Positions 24,590 to 36,650 of a stretch of DNA of 64,000 bases are shown here, piece by piece. Numbering within the stretch: the first letter of the stretch is position 1; each line of letters begins with the position of its first letter. The position numbers and the translations under genes are program-made. Origin of the DNA: Torpedo marmorata (lineage: Eukaryota); contig OZ360221.1 in assembly GCA_977017645.1 (NCBI GenBank), forward strand, positions 215,884,001 through 215,948,000. The letters are read 5' to 3'. Below the pieces are notes generated by a model, which did no database searches, was not told the DNA's origin, and worked only from the letters and a program-made list of their open reading frames with translations.

Positions 24590-25590
24590 TCCCGGGCAGG
24601 AGCGGCGACCTAGTTCTCTCGGGCAGGAGCGGCGACCTCGTTCTCCCGGGCAGGAGCGGCGACCTCATTCTCCCGGGCAGGTGCGGCGACCTCGTTCTCC
24701 TGGGCAGGAGCGGCAACCTCGTTCTCCCGGGCAGGTGCGGCGACCTCGTTCTCCCGGCAGGAGCGGCGACCTCGTTCTCCCGGGCAAGTGTGGCGACCTC
24801 GTTCTCCCGGGCAGGTGTGGCGACCTCGTTCTCCCGGGCAGGAGCGGTGACCTCGTTCTCCCGGGCAGGTGCGGCGACCTCGTTCTCCCGGCAGGAGCGG
24901 CGACCTCATTCTCCCGGGCAGGTGCGGCAACCTCGTTCTCCCGGCAGGAGCGGCGACCTCGTTCTCCCGGGCAAGTGTGGCGACCTCGTTCTCTCGGCAG
25001 GAGCGGCGACCTCGTTCTCCCGGGCAAGTGTGGCGACCTCGTTCTCCCGGGCAGGAGCGGTAACCTCGTTCTCCCGGGAAGGTGTGGCGACCTCGTTCTC
25101 CCGGCAGGAGCGGCGACCTCGTTCTCCCGGGCAGGTGCGACGACCTCGTTCTCCCGGCAGGAGCGGCGACCTTGTTCTCCTCAGCAGAAGCGGCGACCTC
25201 GGCTTACGTGGCAGGTGCGGTGACCTCGTTCTCCCGGGCAGGTTCGGCGACCTCATTCTCCCGGGCAGGTTCGGCGACCTCATTCTCCCGGGCAGGAGTG
25301 GCGACCTCGTTCTCCTCAGCAGAAGCGACGACCTCGGCTTACATGGCAGGTGCGGTGACCTAGTTCACCCGGGCAGGTGCGGCGGCCTTGTTCTCCCGGG
25401 CAGGAGCGGCGACCTCATTCTCCTCAGCAGAAGTGGCAACCTCGGCTTACGTGGCAGGAGTGGCGACCTCGTTCTCCCAGCAGGTCGGGAACGGACTCAG
25501 ACTACGTGGCAGGAGTGGGAACCTCACCCTACCAGCCATGAGCCTCGGCTTACCGGGCAGGAGCGGCGACCTCAGGCTCCCGGGTAGGAG
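24590..25590. repeat. GC-rich 26-27-bp minisatellite (GGGCAGGAGCGGCGACCTCGTTCTCCC), roughly 35 units
   Basis: Tandem units visible, degenerating toward the right. Confidence 0.95.
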
Positions 25591-26159
25591 CGGGCATATC
25601 GGGCTCTACAATTGTAGAATGTCTGGGTGGTTTATGGTGGCACCCGGCGGTGGGGAGGTGTCAGGGAGCGGCGGCGCCGGCGGTGGGGAGGTGCTTCCAG
25701 GGTCGACCTATACACCGAATTGGTTTTTCATGGGTCGACTTATACGCCGAATCAGGTTTTCAAGGGTCGACTTATACACCGAATCGGCATGGAGTAGTTT
25801 TTGAGCTGATTTTAAGGTCTCAAAAGTATATCTGGCATATAAGTTGACCCCCGTTTTTTGAGAGATTTTTGAGGGTTTCAAGACTCGACTTATACGCCGA
25901 AATATACGGTAAGTATCATAGATGTCTGATGTTTCTTTTTTGCTCATGACGTAATGTTAAGAACACGCCTGATGTTATTGGCTCCCTGTCTACCAGGTAT
26001 AAATCCTGTTTGATCAGGGTGTATCAACTGTGTTATAAACTTTTGAATTCTCTTTGTTAGTATAGTGCTAAGTATCTTTTGATCATTATATAAAAGACTT
26101 ATCGGCCTATAACCTTTACACTTCGTGGGGTCTTTCCCATCCTTATGAATAACAGAGAT

Positions 26160-26466
26160 CAGGCTCGGCGTTATGGGGGGGGGGGCATTTGCGGACCATG
26201 CCCCCCCCAAATGAGTTATTGTGCCACCCCCACCCACCTGCAGCACTAGTGTCACTACTGTCACGTGGTTTCGTCTCCACGCGCTATAAGCATGCGCATT
26301 TGTCTGTTATGTCGGAGGGAGGGGGAAGTGTGACAGCGGCGCACGGAGGAGGTTCATGGCAGGCATGGCAACCCCCCCCCTGCTGAGTGAGTTTTCGAAT
26401 GTCAGTTTGTGCCCCCCCGTGGTTACCCTAATGCCCCCCGATTAGACTTGTCTAATGCCGACTCTG
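26160..26466. mobile_element. Non-autonomous hAT-type MITE
   Basis: 8-bp TSD ACAGAGAT/ACGGAGAT; imperfect TIR CAGGCTCGGCGTTA / TAATGCCGACTCTG; interrupts L1 'AIISV|IHKDGK'. Confidence 0.8.
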
Positions 26467-27362
26467 ACGGAGATTATAGCCTCTGCCCACGATGTAGGAG
26501 AATTTCCTTCTGATAGGACATAATTATAGACCTTAGCCAGAATCGGGGAGAGCTCCTCCCTATAACACTTGTAGAATTCTCCCAGAATCCCATCGGTTCC
26601 CGGGGACTTATTATTCTTTAGTTTATTAATAACTCCCTTTATTTCGTGTTCTTCTATACATGCTGTCATTTTTACCGCTTCTTCTTGGGAAAGGGAGGGT
26701 AGATTTAATCTAGAAAAGAACGTTCTTATCTTCCCCTCTTTGTCTATGATTTCAGGAGAGTCATATAGTTCTTCATAAAAGGATGCAAATGGTTCTGCTA
26801 TTTCTTTTGGATGTGAAACTAACTTCCTTGAGGCCGGGTGAAAGACTGGAGACCACTCGATTAGCTTGCTCTTAACGCAGCTGAAATGCCAAGAGGCGAC
26901 TAGCTCTGTTTCCCTTCTCATAACATTTTTGATTCGAAAATCTCAGGGCCCCTTCAGCTTTGTATGTCAAGAGCTCCTCTAATTTGTGTCTTTTTTGTCT
27001 TAATTCATTTAGGAGTTCTTTATTTTTATTGTTATTTTTATGGACTGACTCTAGTACCTTTATCTTACTTTCCAGGTCTGATTGCTTCTTCAATTTGTTC
27101 TTTCTTATTCTACTTGATATTTCACTCATTTTACCCCTTATTATTGCTTTAGCGGCATCCCACAAGATGGATGGTGTAACTTCACCATAATCACTGATAT
27201 CAAATTACTCTTCCATACACAGTTTAATTTCCTGAGTCAGTAAAGGGTCAGTCAATAGAGAAATGTTTGCTGTCCAATATTTAAAACAATTTTCTATTTC
27301 TAAATCCAGGCTGAGGATTATAGGGTCGTGGTCACTGATTGTTATTGAGTCTATTTTACAAT

Positions 27363-27505
27363 TGTTACAAACTCAAACCAGCAACGACAGAAGACGCAAT
27401 GCAAAAGGGGTAAAATTGAAATTTATATTTATTAAAGACAATTAAACATATAATTTCTTAACAATTAACCCCACTATAAACGTCTATAAACACTATTCTT
27501 ATCTA

Positions 27506-27588
<83 letters not shown>

Positions 27589-28274
27589 GCCCAGACCATT
27601 ACAGTCTGTGCCCAACCCTCATGTAAAAATGGACTACCTTCCCCAAAACCCCCAGGTCATTCATAAAAAAAAGTCAGTCCCAAAACTACAGTCTACAAAA
27701 ATCACTCTCTATCTTCAGGGTCCAAATTCAGCTCTGTGTGCTGGCACGAAGGACTTCTTAATGAACGTTGGAGAGAGAGACAATGACTGTTTAAGCTTAC
27801 GAATGCTTGGCCTGCTTTTCTTCCCTGATGACTTTCCCTTAGGATTGTGATTCCAAATCAATATACCACTGATTGAGGCATATGCTTGGATCTCACAGCC
27901 TGTCTCGCTGATCTCACGCATGTTCTTCACGAAAGTTGCTTTATCTCAGGATTTTGCTGATTCAAGAGTCCATGTGCTATTTTCCCCAGTCTTTTACTGG
28001 AATGCACAAGCATGGTTTTTGTGTTGTTGATCTAGCCTTTTGCAACTCCAGACTGAATGCTTTTTGCAGAGGTTTGCACCTGCTTTTGCAAAAGTGCAAC
28101 AAAGTATCTTTCCACAGCCTGTCTCTCTCTCTCTATGTGTGTCTCTCTCTCTGAGCACAGCCAGTCCTGGGCAAGTTAACTCTTTCAGTACCTGGTCCCA
28201 GTGTGTACTCCAAAAAGACTTCATCCTTCCTGCTGACCGTCCGCAGTCCAAATGGTCAATCATGGTCCATAACA
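27363..28274 (-). mobile_element. Gmr1-like solo LTR with 4-bp TSD CAAT
   Basis: TGTTA/TAACA termini; CAAT at 27359-62 and 28275-78. Confidence 0.92.
27508..27586. repeat. (GT)n microsatellite inside LTR
   Basis: Perfect dinucleotide run. Confidence 0.95.
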
Positions 28275-28728
28275 CAATCTACTACTTTATACATATATTG
28301 TTTAGGAACACAAAACATATCTATGCGTGAATAACTCCCATGTACGTTTGAGAAGAAACTAAAGTCCCTCCCCTTTGGGTTTCATTGTCTCCATGGGTCT
28401 ACTATCCCCAGCTCTCCTAACATGTTATTCAATGTTTTAAATCTTTTTGATTGCTTGTGTACTATCGGTGATCTATCTAGCCTCCCATCCAGAACAGCAT
28501 TAAAGTCTCCACCGACAATGATCATACCTTTAGCGTTATTTGCAATTATATTCACAATGTCTCCAAAGAAAGAGGAATCATCTTCCGTTGGAGCATAAAT
28601 ATTCAGTATCGATATATTCTTTCCCACTTATTGTACCGATTACCATGACATATCTCCCCAGTGTGTACTGGATCACTTTTTATGCAGAGAAGACTACACT
28701 CCTATTGAATAAGATGGCCACCCCTCTC

Positions 28729-29115
28729 ATGTATACCACTTGAAAAAATTACTTATAATTTACGTAATAAATATCATTTCTTTTTGAAAATATGGAGCCC
28801 ATATATAAAAACTGTCGGTTTATGGATTTGAAGATCTCTGCATATCGGATCTGACTGGCGAACCTGTGTTCCACAATAAAATTAGCTTATACTTGTTCTT
28901 TTTAGATTGACATTCTCCTTACTTTATCTTTTTATTTCTTTCTTTCTTTCTTTTTATTTTATTAGAATAGTAAGGGTGGGAGGGTTAGGGAGGGGAGGGA
29001 GGGAGGGGGGGTGAAAATATATCACATGTATTTTGAAAATTTTGCATTTTACAATATGTATTATCGAGTGATTTAAAATTTTAAATAAAATATTTTTTAA
29101 TTTTTAAAAAAAAAA
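28729..29115 (+). mobile_element. L1 (family A-related) 3'-end fragment with poly(A)
   Basis: CIPLEKITYNLRNKYHFFLKIWSPY coding end, 3' UTR, A10 tail. Confidence 0.85.
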
Positions 29116-30530
29116 CTCCAGACTGAATGCTTTTTGCAGAGGTTTGATCCTGCTTTTGCCAAAGTGCAACAAAGTATCTTTCCACAGCCTGTCTCTGTCT
29201 CTATGTGTGTCTCTCTCAGAGCACAACCAGTCCTGGGCAATTAACTCATTCAGTACCTGGTCCCAGTGTGTACTCCAAAAAGACTTCATCCTTCCTGCTG
29301 ACCATCCGCAGTCCAAATGGTTAGTCGTGGTTTCCTAACACCTCCCACCCACAAAGAAAATTTTGGACTGCAAGAACAAAATTTTGAAAATTAATTGAGG
29401 TGTCACAATATTAACAAAACCCACAATGTTCATCCACAAACACAAAAATATGAACTATTTTCATTTATAAAGTTTAGCATCTAGAAAGACAATCAGCGAT
29501 TACATTATCTTGCAAAATTAGTCTCCAATTTAACAACCGTCGATTCTTATTTTTCATTTTGCAAAGAAAAACCAATGGATTATGGTTAGTGTACACTGAG
29601 TGGTTTTTGAGCTGTACAGATATACACATTAAAGTGTTGTATAGCCAAAACAAGAGCTAACAACTCTAAATGGCTTTTCTAAATCAGGTGACTTAAGCAC
29701 AGGTTGGTGGCATAAAATGGCTTTCAATTTGACAAATGCTTCCTGACAACCTGTCAACCATACAAATTTTTCTCCCTTTCTAAGCATATTTGTGAGAGGG
29801 AGTGCAAGATCTGCAACATTTTTACAGAACTTGCGGTAGTAGCCAATCATTCCCAGGAACCTCCTCAGAGTTTTCTTACCAGTTGGAACAGGGAAATCGG
29901 AAATAGTCACAACCTTTGCTTCTACTGGCGCCAACTGCCCCTGTGCTACTACATAACCCAAATAAATAACAGTCGCTTGTCCAAACTCATTTTTACTTAA
30001 ATTAACTGTGAGATTTGCTTTTGACAGTCGTTTGAACAATTGTTTTAACTCAAAGACATGCTCTTCCCAGGTGTCATTATTTACAATTAAATCATCAATG
30101 TAAGCACCTGAGTTTTTCAACCCTTGAATTACTGAATTAATCATTCTCTGAAATGTTCCTGGAGCATTCTTCATCCCAAAAGGCATAACATTATACTCAT
30201 ACAGCCCAAAAGGTGTTACGAATGCAGAAATCTCCCTAGCCCTTTTTGTCAAAGGAACACACCAGTACCCTTTCAATAAGTCAAATTTTGTAAGAAATTT
30301 GGCCTTCCCCACCTTGTCTATACAATCGTCTATTCTAGGAATAGGATAAGCATTGGTCTTTGTCACAGCATTTACTTTCCTATAATCAGTGCAAAACCTA
30401 ACCGTTCCATCAGGCTTAGGCACTAAAACACAAGGGGAACTCCAATTGGAAGTAGACTTTCGAATGATACTGTTCTTTACCATGCAGTCAATTTCCTGAT
30501 CTACCAGTTTGCACTTTTCCGCATTTATTC

Positions 30531-31029
30531 AAGATTCAAGATTCAATTTATTGTCATGCAATAAAACAGTGTCATATTACACAAAATTCCTTTTGCAGAC
30601 AGATTCACCATCGGCAGAAATTGCCTGAAGCGCCTCTTACAGTCAGAGAAATAGAAGCAAAAGAGAGTCCCTCCAGAGTCACCCAGTGTCTGTAGATTCA
30701 CCTCCGCAGCCTCCGCAGCCACACAGAGTCCAGTCCAAACCATTGGCAACCCGAGCTCCAGATCCGAACCTCCGACACGGTCAGGAACCCTTCACCGCCT
30801 TCGGCACCCCCTCGCATCCCGGTTCCGATACCTGGTACCCCTTCAGCCAGTTCGAGCCAGTTTCCAGCAGTCCGCAGCCCAGCGCGAGTCTCCCGACAGC
30901 AGTCTCCAGCAGCCCACAGCCTCCACGGTTTCCTCGCCTCGAGTCGCCAGCAGCCCGCCGCATGCATTGGTCTTTCAGCCGCAGAGCCCCCTCACTGGTC
31001 CGCTGTCGTGGTCACCGACCTGTGGGTTG
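30531..31029 (-). mobile_element. Non-LTR retroposon 3' fragment inserted in Gmr1 pol
   Basis: AATAAA plus (TTGAATC)n tail; GC-rich body; Gmr1 frame resumes either side. Confidence 0.6.
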
Positions 31030-31634
31030 ATAGGAATGCTGTTTTATCAGTCTTGCTTCTCCTACATCCACATCATGATAAGGTATAGAAAATTTCTGAG
31101 GCACATCGGGAAATAAATTTATAAATTTTAAAAGTAACTGACTCATTTCTTCCTTTTTGGAAGTTTTGAGATAAGCCAACTTTGTCTCCAGATTGCGCAA
31201 AATCATGGAATTTTCTAACCTCGGGCTTATCAATTTCTGTGTCCCATGACCCTCTCTGAAACTGGTTTTATCTGTCTCCTCCTTACCCCGTTCGATAACC
31301 AGCACTTCTGGTAAATGTTCAGTCTCTTTGTGCGGCTCCTGTTCAAAATATGGCTTAATCATATTCACATGACAGACCTGTGTGTCTCGTCTGCGATTAG
31401 GTGTTTCTATGACATAGGTGACCTCATTAATTTTTGACTTAACTCTATAGGGTCCTGAAAATCTAGCCCTAAGAGGATTTGAAAGTGTGGGAAACAGAAC
31501 TAATACGTTCTCACCAGGTTTAAAAGTTCTCATCTTCGCCTTTTGTTCATACCAAACCTTCATTCTCTGTTGAGTGGCCTATAAAGTCTCCTTTGCCATC
31601 TCACAAGCTTTATGCAACCGATCCTTAAATTTGG

Positions 31635-33036
31635 CAATTATAGGCCTGTAAGTTTGACGTCTGTGGTAGGTAAATTAATGGAGAAAGTTCTCAGAGATAG
31701 TACTTATAAATATCTGGATAGACAGGGTCTGATCAGGAACTCTCAACACGGATTTGTGAGCGGAAGGTCCTGTTTGACCAATCTGATTGAATTTTTTGAA
31801 GAGGTGACTAGGAATGTGGATGAGGGTAGCGCGGTGGATGTTGTCTATATGGACTTCAGTAAGGCCTTTGATAAGGTTCCGCATGGAAGGTTAGTTAGGA
31901 AGGTGCAGTCTTTAGGTATAAATTCTGAGATAGTCAAATGGATTGAACATTGGCTGGAAGGGAGAGGCCAGAGAGTGGTAGTGGATAATTGTCTGTCAGG
32001 TTGGAGGCAGGTGACCAGCGGTGTGCCTCAGGGATCTGTATTGGGCCCGTTGTTGTTTGTTATATATATCAATGATCTAGATGATGGGGTGGTAAACTGG
32101 ATTAGTAAATATGCAGATGATACTAAGATAGGTGGAATAGTGGATAATGAAGAAGGTTTTCAAGGATTGCAGAGGGATTTGGGCTGCTTAGAAAAGTGGG
32201 CTGAAAAATGGCAGATGGAGTTTAATGCTGATAAGTGTGAGGTGCTTCATTTTGGTAGGAAGAATCAGAATAGGACATATGTAGTAAATGGGAGAGCATT
32301 GATGAATACAGAAGAGCAGAAAGATTTAGGAATAACGGTGCATCGTTCCCTGAAGGTGGAAACTCATGTGAACAGGGTGGTGAAGAAGGCTTTTAGTATG
32401 CTGGCCTTTATCAATCATTGCATAGAATATAGGAGTTGGGAAGTGATGTTGAGAATATATAAGGCTTTGGTGCGGCCTAATTTAGAGTTCTGTGTGCAGT
32501 TCTGGTCGCCAAATTATAGGAAGGATATCAACAAGGTGGAGAGAGTGCAGAGAAGGTTTACCAGAATGTTGCCTGGGTTTAAGAATCTAGAGTACAAGGA
32601 GAGATTGAGCAGATTAGGTCTTTATTCTTTGGAGCGTAGAAGGTTGAGAGGGGATTTGATAGAGGTATTTAAAATTATGAAGGGGATAGACAGAGTGGAT
32701 GTGGATAGACTATTTCCATTAAGAACAGGAGAGATTGAAACAAGAGGACATGAGCTAAGAATTAAGGGGCAGAGGTTTAGAGGTAACATGAGGGGGAACT
32801 TCTTTACTCAGAGAGTGGTAGCGGTGTGGAATGAGCTTCCGGGAGAAGTAGTGGCGGCAGAGTCAATTTTATTATTTAAGAAAAAGTTGGACAAGTATAT
32901 GGATGAGAAGGAAGTGGAGGGTTATGGGCAGGGTGCAGGTAGGTGGGACTAGATAGGAATGTTTGGTTCGGTGCGGACTGGAAGGGCCTAATGGCCTGTT
33001 TCCGTGCTGTAATTGTTATATGGTTATATGGTTATA
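31635..33036 (+). mobile_element. Young CR1 LINE (uninterrupted RT-to-stop ORF) inserted in Gmr1
   Basis: ORF 31612..32952: NYRPVSLT, DFSKAFDKV, GVPQGSVLGP, YADD; (GTTATATG)n tail. Confidence 0.93.
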
Positions 33037-35759
33037 ATCTAACAGATTTAAATGAACATCACTATTAATCCACTGTTCTTTTAATAACCTTAAAGGACCT
33101 CTCACCTCGTGTCCGAAAACTAACTCGAATGGACTAAAACCAAGTGATTCTTGGACAGACTAGCTCGTTGCAAATAACAACAAATGAACCCCCTCATCCC
33201 AATCCTTTTCCTTCTCACAACAATAGGTTCTAATCATGTTTTTCAAAGTCGAATGGAACCTCTCCAAGGCGCCTTGATTTTCTGGATGGTACGCAGAGGA
33301 TATGATCTGTTTAACTCCCAGTCTATCAACCACTTGTTGGAATACGCCTGACATGAAATTACTACCCTGATCTGATTGAATTTCCCTTGGCAAACCTACC
33401 AAGGTGAAATTCTTTACCATAGCCTTTACAATTGACTTTGCTTTAATGTTTCTCAGAGGAATGGCCTCTGGAAATCTGGTGGCTGCACACATAATTGTTA
33501 ACAAATACTCATTCCCCGCTTTGGTTTTGGGCAATGGGCCAACACAGTCCACAATCACTCTCGAGAAAGGCTCACTGAAAGCAGGGATAGGTTGCAAGGG
33601 TGCCACCGGGGGACCCTGATTAGGTTTACCCACCACCTGACAAGTGTGACAGGCCCGGCAAAAACTTACAACCTCCCTTCTCAAACTGGGCCAATAAAAT
33701 TGTTTCATTATATTCCGTATAGTTTTCTTCACCCCAAGGTGACCACCTAAGGGTGTGCTATTAGCCAAAGTTATTATTTCGTCCCTATATACTTTAAGGA
33801 TCACAACCTGCTGCACCACTGCCCATTCTTCACTAGCAGGAACATCACATGGTCTCCACTTTCTCATCAACACCCCATCTTTTTCATAATAACCCACTGG
33901 CACCTTCTTAATCTCCTCCAGATAGAACCTTATCCTTCACCTCAGCAAGATCAGGATCCTCCTTTTGCCTTGCTATTAGCTCCTGTCGGGATATCACCGA
34001 CTTTTTGTTTCACCAATTTGTTTTCCACTGCTTTCTCTACAGTGACATTTTTCTTAGACATGGCCCTGGTTATGACACATGCCGGATAAATATCAGAGTC
34101 CTTCTCTGACTTATCAATGACTGGCTTAGTGGTCATTCGCACTGCAGGAACTACTTTACCCTCAGCCAAGTCATTGCCAAGCAAGAGTGAGACTCCTTCT
34201 ACTGTTAACTTTGATCTCACTCCTATTATAACAGGTCCTTCCACCAAGGCTGAATTCAACACTATTTTGTGCAAAGGAATGGACTCAACATGACCCCCAA
34301 TTCCTTTAATTAAATTCATTTCACCGGTGTCAGTGGCTTCACAAAATTCCAAGACACTATCTAACACAAGTGACTGAGCAGCTCCAGTATCTCGCATGAT
34401 TTTCACTGGAACTTGCTTTGATCCTGCCTTAACTGAAACAAAACCATCAGTCACAAAAGGTTTAAATACATCCCTAACTTTGTCAGTAAATTTGTCTCCT
34501 TCCTGGGTGTTATGCCTCTTCTCACTCTGAATACAAGCATTAGGTGTTGCATCCTTTTCTCTCTTCTTTTTCAACACTGGACAGCTTGCTAGCATATGAC
34601 CAGCCTTCCTACAGTAGTGGCAAATGGGACCCGAATGGTTTTCCTTTTTCCACTTTCCTTCATCCCTTTCCTAAACACCACTTCCAAATTTACTTTCCAC
34701 TTGCTTGGGATTATCCACAGTGACCTTTTGGAAAATTCTGCCTAACGTCCACTTAGGCTTGTGGGTTAAAGCATATTCATCTGCCAACTTAGCTGAATTT
34801 TGCCAAATTTTCACCTCCTTTTCATTTAAGTTTGCCTTCATATCCTCAGGAACACACCTTTTATCTCCTCGATTATTATCAATTCTCTCAATTGATTGTA
34901 ATCTTTGTTTACCGCCTTTGATGTGCACCACCAGTCAAAACACACAACCTTTTCATAGGCAAACTTTGTGTAAGATTGGGTTGCTGATCTTTTTAAATTT
35001 CTAAACTTCTGTCTATAAGCCTCGAGAACTAATTCATAAGCCTGGAGTATAGCCTTTTTCTCCATTTCATAATCAGCAGCTTGCTCCGTGGTAAGAGTAG
35101 AATACGCTTGCTGAGCTTTTCCTTTTATTACACTTTGTAACATAAGAGGCCATTGGTCTTGTGGCCATTTTAATTTCACAGCCACCTTCTCAAAATGTTG
35201 GAAGTACTTATCTATTTCCGCCTCCTCAAATGGAGGAACCAACCTAACTTCTCTACTGGCCAAAAACTTCTCAACAGGACCACGAATTTGATCTTGGTGC
35301 TCTTCTTGTCTCCTCTCATTTTCCAACTTAATCTTTTCCAGCTCATATTGCCTAATTTTCTCCTCATTCTCTAATCTCTTTTGTTCTCTGGCTGCCTCCA
35401 AGTCTAATCTCTTTTGTTCCAATTCCAATTTCTGTAGATCCAACTGTATGTTTTCAGAAGGTTTACACGCTCTCCTCAAACTTTTTCCCTTTTATATAGT
35501 ATTTGGCAATTTTTTCTCCTAATCTCTGCCTTTTTCATTGATGGTTTTACAGAAGCAATGCCCAACTCTCTTGCAATAGCCACTAACTGTTCCTTTTTAG
35601 CCTTTTTTAAAGTATCAGATTCAAGTGATTCCACAAAATTTTCCACATCCATTATTGCTGGTTTTTGTTACACACACACGAGCTTTTAATTAGCTTTACA
35701 AAAGGAATGTCTTAAAACAGACTTGGATTCCTTCAATTACCAAGCTGGAACTTGATTCA

Positions 35760-35777
35760 ATCTCGGACGAGCCCCCA
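35760..35777 (-). promoter_or_regulatory. Primer-binding site complementary to tRNA-Pro
   Basis: TGGGGGCTCGTCCGAGAT 3 nt inside the 5' LTR end; 17/18 match to canonical tRNA-Pro PBS TGGGGGCTCGTCCGGGAT. Confidence 0.9.
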
Positions 35778-35780
35778 ATT

Positions 35781-36650
35781 TGTTACAAACTCAAACCAGC
35801 AACGACAGAAGACGCAATGCAAATGGGGTAAAATTGAAATTTATATTTATTAAAGACAATTAAACATATAATTTCTTAACAATTAACCCCACTATAAACA
35901 TCTATAAACACTATTCTTATCTAAAAAGAGTGTGTGTGTGTTTGTGTGTAAAGCCCAGACCATTACAGTTTATGCCCAACCCGCATGTAAAAATGGACTA
36001 CCTTCCCCAAAACCCCCAGGTCAGTCATAAAAATAAGTAAGTCCCAAAACTACAGTCCACAAAAATCACTCTCTATGTTCAGGGTCCAAATTCAGCTCTG
36101 TGTGCTGGCACGAAGGACTTCTTAATGAACGTTGGAGAGAGAGACAATAACTGTTTAAGCTTACGAATGCTTGGCCTGCTTTTCTTCCCTGATGACTTTC
36201 CCTTTTGGTAGGTACACGAGGATTGCGATTCCAAATCAGTATACCACTGATTGAGGTGTATACTTGGATCTCACAGCCTGTCTCACTGATCTCACTCCTG
36301 TTCTTCACGAAAGTTGCTTTATCTCAGGATTTTGCTGATTCAAGAGGCCATGTGCTATTTTCCCCAGTCTTTTACTGGAATGCACAAGACTGGTTTTTGT
36401 GTTGTTGCTCTAGCGTTTTGCAACTCCAGACTGAATGCGTTTTGCAGAGGTTTGCACCTTCTTTTGCAAAAGTGCAACAAAGTATCTTTCCACAGCCTGT
36501 CTCTCTCTCTCTATGTGTGTCTCTCTCTGAGCACAGCCAGTCCTGGGCAAGTTAACTTTTTCAGTACCTGGTCCCAGTGTGTACTCCAAAAAGACTTCAT
36601 CCTTCCTGCTGACCGTCCGCAGTCCAAATAGTCAATCATGGTCCATAATA
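35781..36650 (-). mobile_element. Gmr1-like 5' LTR
   Basis: Homologous to 27363-28274 and 4160-5024; adjacent PBS. Confidence 0.92.

Larger units (their letters stand above)
24207..25909. mobile_element. Non-autonomous Tc1/mariner (Tc2/pogo-type) DNA transposon carrying cargo
   Basis: TA TSD (24205-6, 25910-11) splitting L1 RT 'MIL|SLDAQKAFDKV'; TIR CCGTATATTTTGGCGTATAAGTTGA / TCGACTTATACGCCGAAATATACGG; subterminal GTCGACTTATACRCCG repeats; no transposase ORF. Confidence 0.9.
29116..36650 (-). mobile_element. Near full-length Gmr1-like Gypsy LTR retrotransposon (gag-PR-IN-RT-RH), degenerate
   Basis: 5' LTR 35781-36650; PBS; gag ATG 35652; CHYCRKAGHMLASC knuckle; RDTGA protease; integrase ORF 33160..33903; RT ORF 29629..30483 (YIDD); PPT; partial 3' LTR 29116-29340. 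Confidence 0.93.

Noticed and set aside
24590-25590. CRISPR-like array, or real genes in overlapping ORFs (24517..25587 etc.)
   Set aside because: Head-to-tail units with no unique spacers; ORFs on both strands arise from a stop-poor GC repeat; eukaryotic context
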